A stretch of 64,000 nt of DNA from Spirochaetia bacterium (GTDB lineage: Bacteria; Spirochaetota; Spirochaetia; DSM-2461): NCBI GenBank assembly GCA_963668315.1, contig OY764216.1:5344001-5408000 (forward strand), in the 5' to 3' direction. The notes under the pieces were generated by a model that was not told where the DNA came from, searched no databases, and worked only from the letters and a program-made list of their open reading frames with translations. Numbering within the stretch: the stretch's first letter is position 1; each line of letters starts with the position of its first letter. Below are positions 9,496 to 18,719 of this stretch, in pieces. Both the position numbers and the translations under genes were made by a program.

Positions 9496-9659
9496 TTGAC
9501 AATGGAAGACGAGCCGGTCAATAGTAAATACAAACCGATGTTATCGGTGTTTTCTGAGGATTCGGGCCGTGCCCGATCCAAGGAATCCGGGCGGTTCATG
9601 ATAAATGCCGCCCTGACCAGACTGATCTTAAGGAATGCGAATTCTGAGAGAGAGGAAAC
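9496..9659 (+). promoter_or_regulatory. Putative promoter (TTGACA) and multi-hairpin 5' leader of hydE
   Basis: TTGACA 9496-9501; TTGAC-N16-GTCAA inverted repeat; four stem-loops at 9534-9649; GAGG at 9652. Confidence 0.45.
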
Positions 9660-10703
9660 ATGCAGGAATCTCATTTAACCGCGGTAAGGGCCCTCAGCAG
9701 TGAGGAACTGACCGCTCTCTATTATCAGGCGGAAACAGAAGACCTGATAAGGCAGGCGGGAGAAGTATCATTTCACGTTCACGGACGGGATATTCTACTC
9801 CGCGGCCTGATCGAATTCACCAATTACTGTACCTCCAACTGTCTCTATTGCGGTATACGCCGGGGCAACCGTCTTGTAAACCGGTACCGGATGGACGAGG
9901 AGGAGATTCTCCTCGCCGTGGAGGCCGGCTTCGCGCGGGGGCTGAGGACGTTCGTCCTTCAGGGGGGCGAGGACCGGAAGTTCGGCACGGACCGGATCGC
10001 CCGGCTGACGGAGAAGATCAAAACGCGTACCGCCGGAGAAGCGGCGGTAACCCTGAGCTGCGGGATGAAAAGCCGCAAGGACTTCGCCACCCTGAAAAGT
10101 GCCGGCGGGGATCGCTACCTGCTGCGCTTCGAGACATCCGATCCGGATCTTCATGTCTACCTGAGAGACGGTAAGACCCTGGAAGAGCGGCTGGAAAATC
10201 TGGAGTGGATCAAGGAAGCGGGTTTTCAGAGGGGAAGCGGTTTCATGACCGGTCTTCCCGGGGAGACGGAGGAGACCCGCCTGAACAACGTGCTCCTCTG
10301 CCGGGAGCTGCAACTGGATATGGTCGGCATAGGCCCTTTTATTCCCCATCAGGATACCCCTCTGGCCCGATCGGAGCAGCAGGGTCTTGAGCATGCCCTG
10401 AGGGGAACGGCCCTCCTGCGCCTGGCATTGCCGGAAGCCCATATTCCCGCCACGACGGCGGCCGGCTCCCTTGTACCGGACGGACGGGAGCAGATGATCA
10501 GGGCCGGGGCCAATGTCCTCATGCCCAACCTGACTCAGACGGAGTACAAGAAAGATTATCTTCTTTACCCGGGAAAGATCTGCCTGGATGAAAGCGGCAT
10601 ACAGTGTATAGGCTGCCTCTCGGCGAGGGTAAAAACCGTGGACAGGGAGATCAGTTTCAGCCGGGGAGACGCCTTGAGGCTGACGGGGAAAGCCCGCTTA
10701 TGA
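9660..10703 (+). CDS. hydE: [FeFe]-hydrogenase maturase HydE (radical SAM)
   Basis: RGLIEFTNYCTSNCLYCGIR, TFVLQGGED, YLLRFET, GIGPFIPH, MPNLT, YLLYPGKIC; operon with hydF. Confidence 0.9.
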   Translation: MQESHLTAVRALSSEELTALYYQAETEDLIRQAGEVSFHVHGRDILLRGLIEFTNYCTSNCLYCGIRRGNRLVNRYRMDEEEILLAVEAGFARGLRTFVLQGGEDRKFGTDRIARLTEKIKTRTAGEAAVTLSCGMKSRKDFATLKSAGGDRYLLRFETSDPDLHVYLRDGKTLEERLENLEWIKEAGFQRGSGFMTGLPGETEETRLNNVLLCRELQLDMVGIGPFIPHQDTPLARSEQQGLEHALRGTALLRLALPEAHIPATTAAGSLVPDGREQMIRAGANVLMPNLTQTEYKKDYLLYPGKICLDESGIQCIGCLSARVKTVDREISFSRGDALRLTGKARL

Positions 10704-12058
10704 GAATTTACGGATCGGAAACGGAAAAAGCCCTCTCCTGGCTGGGAGAGGGACGGACCCCGCGCTCCCTGATAAGAGCCTACGGGGAAGTCAAACTGGC
10801 CGCTATCAGAGCTCAGCAGGAAACGGCAAACCCTTACCCGGAGGATTACTACCCCCTCCTGGAGGAGGCGCTCAGGGAGATTATACAGGGGGATCATGAC
10901 GACTCCTTTCCCCTTCCCCTGGCCCAGGGAGGCGCCGGTACCAGCCTGCACATGAATCTCTGCGAAACCGCCGCCGGCCTGGCCAATGGAAGATACAGCG
11001 GGTCGTTCAGCGCCCATCCCCTGGATCATCTGGCCCTCTTCCAGTCTACCAACGATACCTTCCCGACAGCGGTTATCCTCATGACCTACCGTTTCCTGGA
11101 AGAGACGGAAACCAACGTGGTGGCTCTGCAGGAAGCCCTGGTGGAGAGGGAAAAGCGGTACGAGGAGTGGATCATGTGCGGCAGGACGGAACTGCAGGAC
11201 GGTTTGCCTATCACCCTGGGACAGGTATTCGCCGCCTGGGCGGGTCCGGTGGAAAGGGACCGGTGGCGTCTGAACAAACTCAAGGAGCGCCTTCGCACCA
11301 TTCCCCTGGGAGGAACAGCCGTGGGAACCGGTTTCTCGGCGCCCCGGGATTATGTCTTCGCAGCGGAAAAGCATCTGCGCCGCATCACAGGCCTGCCTCT
11401 CTGCCGCAGCCAGAACCTCTGTGACGCCACCGCCCATACGGACAGCCTTTCCGAGTGCGCCGCCGGGCTGGGACTGTGCGGGGATAACCTATTCAAAATG
11501 GCCTCGGACCTTCTGCTTTACGGGGCGGGGCCGGTGGGAGAGATTCTCCACGGCGAGGTCCAGTACGGCTCGACCATCATGGCCCGCAAGACCAATCCGG
11601 TTTACCTGGAGCTGATACGGGGCCTGGCAATGGAATGCGCCTCCGCGGCCCGGCTTATCGGGGAATACAGCCGTTCCGGTCAATGGCAGCTGAACGCCAA
11701 CCTTCCCTTCCTGGCGGAGCAGATGATCAGACTGAGCGAAAGGCTCAACAAGGCTCTGCGAACGGCGGCCGGCCCTTTGATGGAGATACTGCAGCCCCGG
11801 AGGGATGTACTGGAGTACAATCTCTACAGGGGACCGGCCCTGATTAATACCCTGAGGAACTGTCTGGACTACTCTCTGCTGAAAGACCTCCTTCCCCTGC
11901 TCGAAGGGAAGAGCTTTTCAGGCAGGGAGGAACTGATAACCTGCCTGTCTGGGAATATAGATTTGCCGGAGAGTGAACTGAGGGAGAAGCTGGAATCCCA
12001 CCGGTTAACCGGATTTTCCCGATCCATACCCGCCCGCGAAGGAGAAAAACATGACTGA
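10700..12058 (+). CDS. Aspartate ammonia-lyase-like protein (fumarase/aspartase superfamily)
   Basis: ATGA overlap with hydE stop; QGGAGTSLHMN, QSTNDTFPTA, GRTELQD, LGGTAVGTG, GSTIMARKTNP. Confidence 0.88.
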   Translation: MRIYGSETEKALSWLGEGRTPRSLIRAYGEVKLAAIRAQQETANPYPEDYYPLLEEALREIIQGDHDDSFPLPLAQGGAGTSLHMNLCETAAGLANGRYSGSFSAHPLDHLALFQSTNDTFPTAVILMTYRFLEETETNVVALQEALVEREKRYEEWIMCGRTELQDGLPITLGQVFAAWAGPVERDRWRLNKLKERLRTIPLGGTAVGTGFSAPRDYVFAAEKHLRRITGLPLCRSQNLCDATAHTDSLSECAAGLGLCGDNLFKMASDLLLYGAGPVGEILHGEVQYGSTIMARKTNPVYLELIRGLAMECASAARLIGEYSRSGQWQLNANLPFLAEQMIRLSERLNKALRTAAGPLMEILQPRRDVLEYNLYRGPALINTLRNCLDYSLLKDLLPLLEGKSFSGREELITCLSGNIDLPESELREKLESHRLTGFSRSIPAREGEKHD

Positions 12059-13259
12059 AAAAGCCCTGGCCGAAACAACACGCATCGTGCTGACCGGCAT
12101 ACGTAACGCCGGGAAATCCTCCCTGATGAATAATCTGTTTGAAAAACAGGCCGCCATAGTTTCCGATACTCCCGGAACCACCACGGATCCGGTGACGAGG
12201 AAGATGGAACTGGGAAAACTGGGTCCCTGCGCCCTGACCGATACGGCGGGTTTCGACGATGTGGGAGAATTGGGAGCACAGCGCATAGAGAAAACCCGGG
12301 ACCGGCTGAATACGGCCGATCTTGTCCTCTTTATTACCCCCGGGAACCGCCCCGTTCTGTCGGAAGAACGGGAGATTCTGACAGCTCTCAAGGAGGGGAA
12401 GACACCCTGGATCGGAGTCGTGACATTCGGCGACAGCCCCCAACAGGGAGAGAAAGAACAGTTCTTCTCCGGCCAGGATTTTCTTCTGGTGGATAACAGC
12501 AGGAAAGAATCGGTCCGCCCTCTTCTGGCTCTCATGGAGGAAAAGGCCGCAAGGATTGACCGGGAACTGACGCCGGTGGAAGGGCTGGTAAAAGAGCAGG
12601 ACCTGGTTCTTCTGGTTACCCCCATAGACCTGGCGGCGCCGGCCGGAAGGCTTATCATGCCCCAGGTGGAGACGATACGGGATCTTCTGGACAGGGACTG
12701 CGCCGCCCTCATCCTGAAGGAGAGGGAGCTTTTCCCATTCTACCATAATCTGGGGATAAAACCTTCCCTGGTCATAACGGACAGCCAGGCGTTCCATAAG
12801 GTCGCCGCCGATATCCCGGAGAATCAGCCTTTGACCTCATTCTCCCTTCTTTTCGCCCGGAAAAAGGGAGATCCGGCCTATTTTATTGAGAGCCTGAAGG
12901 CGCTGAGGGACTTTCCCGAACAGGGACGGGTCCTCGTGATGGAAGCCTGCTCCCACCACAGGCAGGCCGATGATCTGGGAACGGTAAAAATCCCCCGGCT
13001 CTTCCGTCAGCTTGTCGGTTCCAGGGTGGAATTCGGACACAGCCGCAAAATGCCGGACAATCCCGAAGAGTGGGATATGGTGATCCACTGCGCCGGCTGC
13101 ATGGTCACCCAGAAAGCCATGCAGAATAAACTGGACCGGTTCAGGGAACGGGGGATACCGGTGCTGAACTACGGGCTTTTTCTGGCCTGGGCCAACGGAC
13201 TTCTTCCCCGGGCGCTGGAGCCTTTTCCCGAGCTGGCGGCACTCTATGAATCAGAATGA
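12051..13259 (+). CDS. hydF: [FeFe]-hydrogenase maturation GTPase HydF
   Basis: GIRNAGKSS, PGTTTDPV, DTAG, GRLIMPQV, EACSHH...HCAGC Fe-S motif, NYG. Confidence 0.95.
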   Translation: MTEKALAETTRIVLTGIRNAGKSSLMNNLFEKQAAIVSDTPGTTTDPVTRKMELGKLGPCALTDTAGFDDVGELGAQRIEKTRDRLNTADLVLFITPGNRPVLSEEREILTALKEGKTPWIGVVTFGDSPQQGEKEQFFSGQDFLLVDNSRKESVRPLLALMEEKAARIDRELTPVEGLVKEQDLVLLVTPIDLAAPAGRLIMPQVETIRDLLDRDCAALILKERELFPFYHNLGIKPSLVITDSQAFHKVAADIPENQPLTSFSLLFARKKGDPAYFIESLKALRDFPEQGRVLVMEACSHHRQADDLGTVKIPRLFRQLVGSRVEFGHSRKMPDNPEEWDMVIHCAGCMVTQKAMQNKLDRFRERGIPVLNYGLFLAWANGLLPRALEPFPELAALYESE

Positions 13260-14960
13260 TTCCCGGGAGACGTCTTTGATCATCTCTTCGATATCCTCAT
13301 CAAGCTCTCCGTAGATCAGACGGGCCAGGTTGCGGTAGCGGGGAGAGATACCCACCCAGATATCCACCGCTTCCCGCCGGGCGTCGAGGTAACGGAAGAT
13401 AAGCTCTTCCCCCTCTTTCTGCTCGGCCAGGGGCAGGCGGTCCAGGGACACTTCCCTGTCTCTGATCCGCTCGGTCAGCCCGTCATAGATGCGGCGGTTT
13501 CGCTCGCTGGCCTCCCGGAGCGTTCCGTCCTCATCGCCGGCCATGGCCTGGCGCCGCAGTTTTAGGGCGTTTTCCAGGGCCCTATCAGCCTCATCCTGCC
13601 AGTCGAGGATTTCCCGGTATCCCTGGAAATACCTGTTTTCCCCGGAGAGGGACTGGGTGAAAATTTCCCCTAAATCCAAAGCCCTCTTTAAACTGCGGAA
13701 ATCCTGTTCCGTCTCTTTTTCCACTCCCGCAAGGGAAAAATAGCTTTCAAAGATATCCGGATCCACCGAAGAAATAAGGTAGAAGGAGCTGATATCATCC
13801 TCAGTGAGATCGGGATCGCCCTCCTGGGCGAGAAGAGAGACCAGTTCCACGGCAACTTCCGGTTCGGCTGTCCGGACATGCCGCTGGAGCTCTTCCCAGA
13901 TATCCTCTCCGAGGGAATTCAGGGAGAGCAGAATATCCCCTTCCAAGACCGGGTCACGCAGATCAAGCAGGGTGAGATAAAGGGGAAGAGCCGAGGGGGA
14001 ATTGATTTCCCGGAGAGTCCAGAGAATCAGCCTGTTGTTATACTCTTCCCCATCCCGGATCCCCTCCCCCAGATAGGGAACGGCCGTTTCTCCGTAGGAC
14101 TGGACAATAATAGCCGCCCTCTGCGCCAACAGCCTGTTGGAGTCGGCATAAAAAGAGATGAGAAGGGGAAGGCTTTTTTCGCTTTTTATCGCTTCCAGTA
14201 TCTGAAGGCAGCTGAGGCTCATGAGGTAGTCGCCGGAATGGATGTATCGGTCTACAAAGGGGAAGGCTTTCTCTCCGAACTGGTAGATTGCGGAAATACA
14301 GGCCCCCCAGACATCGGGATTCTCATCCTTGATCCCCTCGAAAAGCAGAGGGATGAGAGTGGGCTCGTTATAGTGCCCGATGATACGGTAGTACCCTGCT
14401 CTCAGGGAGGGGTCTTCGCTGTTTCTCAATTCATCCATTAGAGGACTGTTAAGGGTCACCTGACTTGAAAGGACTTTGGCCGCCCCGTTTTTCTTCCTGT
14501 CCGATTCGGAGGCGAAAAGCCCCACCATGGCATCCCGGCTTGATACGTCGCCGATATCGGTGAGAATCTGAAGAGCATTCAGACAAAGGTGATCTCCCAG
14601 GGTAGACAGATTTTCTTCCAGAAAAAGGCAGGTCCAGTCGGGGTGGGCTCCCATAATGCGGAAAGCCTCCTTCTTAACCCGGTCATCCTCGTCAAGGGTC
14701 GTCTCCAGGATAGGGGTGAGGAAATCATCATAACGATTGTTTTCCATGATATTCAGAGCGGCCAGACGGATAAGGGGATCCTCATCCAGCAAAAGGTCGG
14801 CGACATAGGGGATCTGCTCCTCTTCGATACGGAAACGCAGATTTCCCGCGGCTATCTGACGCTTTAAATCTTCCTGGAAAATGAGGGTTGATATATCATA
14901 ACTCCTGCATGCCGCCAAAAATATCAGCAATGCCGGGAGGAATCGGAATTTTCTCTTCAT
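13251..14960 (-). CDS. HEAT-repeat lipoprotein with C-terminal helical/coiled-coil region
   Basis: Lipobox LAAC; recurrent L..D.D..VR/IR..A repeats (DEDPLIRLAAL, DEDDRVKKEAF, DENPDVWGAC). Confidence 0.75.
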   Translation of the reverse strand: MKRKFRFLPALLIFLAACRSYDISTLIFQEDLKRQIAAGNLRFRIEEEQIPYVADLLLDEDPLIRLAALNIMENNRYDDFLTPILETTLDEDDRVKKEAFRIMGAHPDWTCLFLEENLSTLGDHLCLNALQILTDIGDVSSRDAMVGLFASESDRKKNGAAKVLSSQVTLNSPLMDELRNSEDPSLRAGYYRIIGHYNEPTLIPLLFEGIKDENPDVWGACISAIYQFGEKAFPFVDRYIHSGDYLMSLSCLQILEAIKSEKSLPLLISFYADSNRLLAQRAAIIVQSYGETAVPYLGEGIRDGEEYNNRLILWTLREINSPSALPLYLTLLDLRDPVLEGDILLSLNSLGEDIWEELQRHVRTAEPEVAVELVSLLAQEGDPDLTEDDISSFYLISSVDPDIFESYFSLAGVEKETEQDFRSLKRALDLGEIFTQSLSGENRYFQGYREILDWQDEADRALENALKLRRQAMAGDEDGTLREASERNRRIYDGLTERIRDREVSLDRLPLAEQKEGEELIFRYLDARREAVDIWVGISPRYRNLARLIYGELDEDIEEMIKDVSRESF

Positions 14961-15028
14961 ATCGACCCTTTCAAACTACCCCGGAAAGGAGTCTTCCGTC
15001 AATCAGCCTAATAGGTTATAATCCCTCC

Positions 15029-16258
15029 ATGGAAAATAACATAAGGATTCCCATAGAGTCATTTCTGGCGCCCGGAGCGCTTAACTGGAGTCTCCCGAAA
15101 ACCGGGTTCATGGCCCAGGGGGCCGAAGCGGCCGGATCGGAGCTGAACAGCTCCATAGGGGTGGGCCTGAAAGATGACGGATCCCCCCTGATTCTCCCCG
15201 GCCTTTCGGAACAGAACAGCCTTGATGATCAGGCTCTGCTGTACAGCGGCTGTTCCGGTCAGCCCGGGCTCCGTGAGAAATGGGCCGGTCTGAAGAAACA
15301 GGCCCGGCAGCCCCTTGTTACGGCCGGTCTGACCCACGGATTGAACCTGGCCGGCCATCTGTTCCTGGCCCCGGGTGACACGCTCCATATACCCGGACCG
15401 GTATACGAAAACTATCACCATATTTTCGGCGGATATTTCCAGGCGAAAATTTCTTCCTTCCCCCTTACCAAAGGGGGAAAACTCAATATTGAGGGAATCG
15501 AAAATCTTCTGGCCGGACCGGAGGATATGGCCCGGATACTCTTTAACTTTCCCCAGAACCCCACCGGCTACACCCCTACGGAGGAAGATGTGAAGCGGCT
15601 CCTTCCCGTTCTGAAAACGAGCGCCGACGGGGGCAAGAGAATCCTGATCATACTTGACGATGCCTATCAGGGACTGAACCATACTCCCGGTCTATTCCCC
15701 GAGAGCCTTTTCACCCTGCTGGAGGATTTTCATGAGAATATTCTGGCGGTAAAACTGGACGGCGCCACCAAAGAGTACTGTGCCTGGGGTCTGCGCATCG
15801 GGTTCATCTCCTTCGGCCGGAAAGGTCTGACCGATGAAGAGTATGCCCTGCTTGAGGATAAAACCGCCTCGCTGATACGTTCGGGCATATCCAATGTTTC
15901 CCGTCTGGCCCAGGAAATGCTTCTGAATGTTCTGGAAAACGATGCCGTACCGGAGCAGAAGAAGGAAGCGGCGGCCCTTATAAAATCCCGCTATGAAAAA
16001 GCCAGGACGGAGCTGGATTCACACGAAGAGTATAAAACCCAGTTTACCGCCCTGCCCTTCAATGCGGGGTATTTTTTCTGCGTCAGGCTGAGAGACGGCC
16101 TGGATGCCCACGAAATAAGAAAGAAACTGCGCAGGGAGTACTCTACGGGAGTTATGGTACCGGAGGAAGGGCTTATCCGCCTGGCCTACTCTTCGGTGGC
16201 CGCCGATAAGATACCCGCTCTACTGGCAAATTTATATATGGCCTGCCGGGAATCCTGA
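15029..16258 (+). CDS. PLP-dependent aminotransferase class I/II
   Basis: NFPQNPTGY, DDAY, DGATKE...GLRIG, NAGYF, IRLAYS; start placed at ATG 15029. Confidence 0.9.
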   Translation: MENNIRIPIESFLAPGALNWSLPKTGFMAQGAEAAGSELNSSIGVGLKDDGSPLILPGLSEQNSLDDQALLYSGCSGQPGLREKWAGLKKQARQPLVTAGLTHGLNLAGHLFLAPGDTLHIPGPVYENYHHIFGGYFQAKISSFPLTKGGKLNIEGIENLLAGPEDMARILFNFPQNPTGYTPTEEDVKRLLPVLKTSADGGKRILIILDDAYQGLNHTPGLFPESLFTLLEDFHENILAVKLDGATKEYCAWGLRIGFISFGRKGLTDEEYALLEDKTASLIRSGISNVSRLAQEMLLNVLENDAVPEQKKEAAALIKSRYEKARTELDSHEEYKTQFTALPFNAGYFFCVRLRDGLDAHEIRKKLRREYSTGVMVPEEGLIRLAYSSVAADKIPALLANLYMACRES

Positions 16259-16286
16259 AGTTTTTTACTTTTTTTTGTCCATCCTA

Positions 16287-16315
16287 TTGACAGAAATCGG
16301 GCCTTTCGGTATTAT
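16287..16315 (+). promoter_or_regulatory. sigma70-type promoter of tRNA-Leu
   Basis: TTGACA-17bp-TATTAT. Confidence 0.85.
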
Positions 16316-16330
16316 CGTCCATGCTGTTTC

Positions 16331-16414
16331 GCCCGGATGGTGAAATTGGTAGACACGCTAGTTTCAGGGACTAGTGCCAGTAATGGCGTGGAAGTTCGAG
16401 TCTTCTTCCGGGCA
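16331..16414 (+). tRNA. tRNA-Leu (anticodon CAG), CCA not encoded
   Basis: Acceptor GCCCGGA/TCCGGGC+A; D-loop TGGTAGAC; anticodon arm CTAGT-TTCAGGG-ACTAG; long variable arm; T-arm GAAGTTCGAGTCTTC. Confidence 0.97.
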
Positions 16415-16420
16415 GCAAAT

Positions 16421-16463
16421 AAAGCCTTACAATGTAAGAAATTACCTTGTAAGGCTTTTTTTT
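16421..16463 (+). terminator. Terminator / att-adjacent hairpin after tRNA
   Basis: AAAGCCTTACAA...TTGTAAGGCTTT 12-bp stem followed by a T run. Confidence 0.75.
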
Positions 16464-16539
16464 GTCCTTTTCCTTGTGGTACCATATGGAGTACCATTTT
16501 TAATTGATCTTCTGCCTTATATGGCTTACTATGGCGTAT

Positions 16540-16644
16540 ATGAGGCAACCGTACTTAATTTACAAGAAAATTGTCCGCGATAAGAAGTCTTTATACGTAA
16601 AGCTTTGGTATGAAAGGATTTACAATTATTCAATTAGAAAATAA
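16540..16644 (+). pseudogene. Probable N-terminal stub of a tyrosine integrase
   Basis: MRQPYLIYKKIVRDKKSLYVKLWYE...* resembles arm-binding N-termini of tRNA-adjacent integrases; preceded by TTGATC-17-TACTAT. Confidence 0.4.
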
Positions 16645-17418
16645 AGTCTTGCCATAAAAGACGAGTTAAGGCCTAAAGGAATGAGATTCCCCATACTAGT
16701 AAAGCAAGTCCCATGGAATTTGAGACAAAGTACTTAAAGGAATAAAAAGTCTACATGATTGGGAGAATGCCGGCATATTAAAGTTAATAATCTCACTTTT
16801 ATGATTTGATGCGGATTTTACAAAAAATGGATTAATATAAAGAGAGCAAAAATTGATAGGCGAAATAATAAAGAAACGTAGAAGTATTAGGCAATTTGAT
16901 TCAAGAGAAATTCCATTACAGACACTATACAATTGTCTTAATACAGCAAAGTTTGCTCCATCAGGTAAAAACAGACAACCATGGAAAGTGAAGATTGTGA
17001 CAGAAGAAGAAAAAAACGATCTAATTAGCATAGTTCAAAATATGTATGAAGGTGATATTTTACCCGGATCTCTGCAACTATCACTAAACGCAATCAAAGC
17101 AGCAGACAAATTGCTCATCGTATTTAATGCTTATTCCTACCATGAAGAAAACTATCCACGAAATAGGTTATTAATGGATGTTCAATCAATTGGAGCCTTT
17201 ATTCAAAATTTACTCTTACTTCTAACCGAAGAAGGAATTTCTTCATTATGGCTAAATGACCTATACTACGCAAAAGAAATACTCGAAGATTATTTAGTGC
17301 AAGGAGAATATGAACTCATAGCCGGTGTTGCCATTGGATATGCTTCGATAGAGCAACCCCTTTGTCTGTAAAATCAAAAAAGTTAATCAGTCTCCATATT
17401 TAAATACCGCTTACCTGT

Positions 17419-18719
17419 GATAAAGTAACCCTTTTGTCTGTAAAATTAGAAAAAGTTAATCAGTCTCCATATTTAAATATTTTTTACCTGTAAACCACTG
17501 TTCATCTATTTCCATTAACAGTGCAGCTATCAAACGATCAACCGATTTCCTGTTTGGAAATATCATGGCGACTCTTGTTCTCCGCTTAATTTCCTTCATC
17601 TGACGTTCTGCCAGATTTGAAGTTCTTAACCGTCGCCAATGTGCTTTTGGCATTGAGAACACTGTCAGGGATTCTGGAATATTCTCATCCATCCATCGGC
17701 TCAGATCGGGAGCCGTTTCTTCATATTTTTTCACTGCCATGGAAAGAAAGCGTTTTGCTTCCTCTCCATTGGGTGCGTTGAAGATGGTTCTGATATCTTC
17801 TGCTACCTCCTTCTCCATGCTCTTCTTGGGAACATGATGAGAAGCATTCTGCTGGAGATGAAACTGACAGCGATGCCAGGGAACCGTAGGAAAAACGGCC
17901 TCTATTGCAGATTTCAAACCACTGTGTGCATCAGAAGTTATCATTCTGATCCCATGTAGCCCTCGATCAACCAGTCCAGAAAGAAATTTTCGCCAATGAA
18001 CATCCGCCTCGCTGAGCTCTGTTGAAATCCCTATTACCCTTCTCATTCCATTATTATCAACTCCATAAGCAATTAGAACGGCTGCTGATACAACCTCTCT
18101 ATTAACACGAGCTTTTTCATAAGTGGCATCTACTACAAGATAGCGATATGCGCCCAACGGCCGGTTCCGCCATTTGTTTATCTCCTCATCCAGCATCGCC
18201 GTTGCCTCAGAAACCTGGGATTGGGAAACTTCGAAGCCGCAGAGCTGTTCTACTATTTTGGTCACTCTGCGAGTTGATACGCCTTGGATGTACATCTGAG
18301 CTATGGCCATTTTCAGGGCTCTTTCGCTGCGGCACCCCTTTTCAATGCTGCCAGGATAGAATTCCATCCCACGGACCTGCGGAATCTCGATAGGGATCTC
18401 ACCTACACGAGTTCGAATCCTCCTGCTCTTGTACCCGTTTCTATGGCCAGCACGATCGTCATTCCGTTCATAATGACTGGCTTGAATTGCCTTCTCCTGC
18501 TCTAACCGCATGGATAAATTCATTATTGAACTTATGACCTTTGTTAATCCTTCTCTATTATCTGCCTGGAGGTCTTCAATCATTTGATCGAAAACGCTAT
18601 AGTAATCCTCGTTAGTCATGATGCCTTCTTTTGTTTTTCGTCGAACTAATCGAAGACTGATTGGCTAACTTTTTCAAGCCCCCTTCTTTATCAATTTACA
18701 GACACTATTGTACACTATC
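17419..18719 (-). mobile_element. IS256-family element (inner copy, 1301 bp) nested in the outer copy
   Basis: Ends GATAAAG...TGTCTGTAAA and TTTACAGACA...CTATC; 8-bp TSD TTACCTGT at 17411-17418 and 18720-18727. Confidence 0.92.
17456..18619 (-). CDS. IS256 (Mutator-like) transposase, intact
   Basis: RNGYKSR, GVSTRRV, VDATYEK, SDAHSGL, RCQFH, RTSNLAER. Confidence 0.95.
   Translation of the reverse strand: MTNEDYYSVFDQMIEDLQADNREGLTKVISSIMNLSMRLEQEKAIQASHYERNDDRAGHRNGYKSRRIRTRVGEIPIEIPQVRGMEFYPGSIEKGCRSERALKMAIAQMYIQGVSTRRVTKIVEQLCGFEVSQSQVSEATAMLDEEINKWRNRPLGAYRYLVVDATYEKARVNREVVSAAVLIAYGVDNNGMRRVIGISTELSEADVHWRKFLSGLVDRGLHGIRMITSDAHSGLKSAIEAVFPTVPWHRCQFHLQQNASHHVPKKSMEKEVAEDIRTIFNAPNGEEAKRFLSMAVKKYEETAPDLSRWMDENIPESLTVFSMPKAHWRRLRTSNLAERQMKEIKRRTRVAMIFPNRKSVDRLIAALLMEIDEQWFTGKKYLNMETD

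Noticed and set aside
9560..9620. Cobalamin, SAM or TPP riboswitch before hydE (AAGGAATCCGG resembles part of the B12 element)
   Set aside because: The rest of the B12 box and the SAM/TPP cores are absent; reported only as an unassigned structured leader
9660..10703. Biotin synthase BioB or PylB
   Set aside because: The C-terminal YxLYxxK motif and linkage to hydF favour HydE
17360..17490. Two near-identical ~60-bp direct repeats that could suggest a CRISPR array
   Set aside because: They are the right ends of the two nested IS256 copies; no spacers and no cas genes
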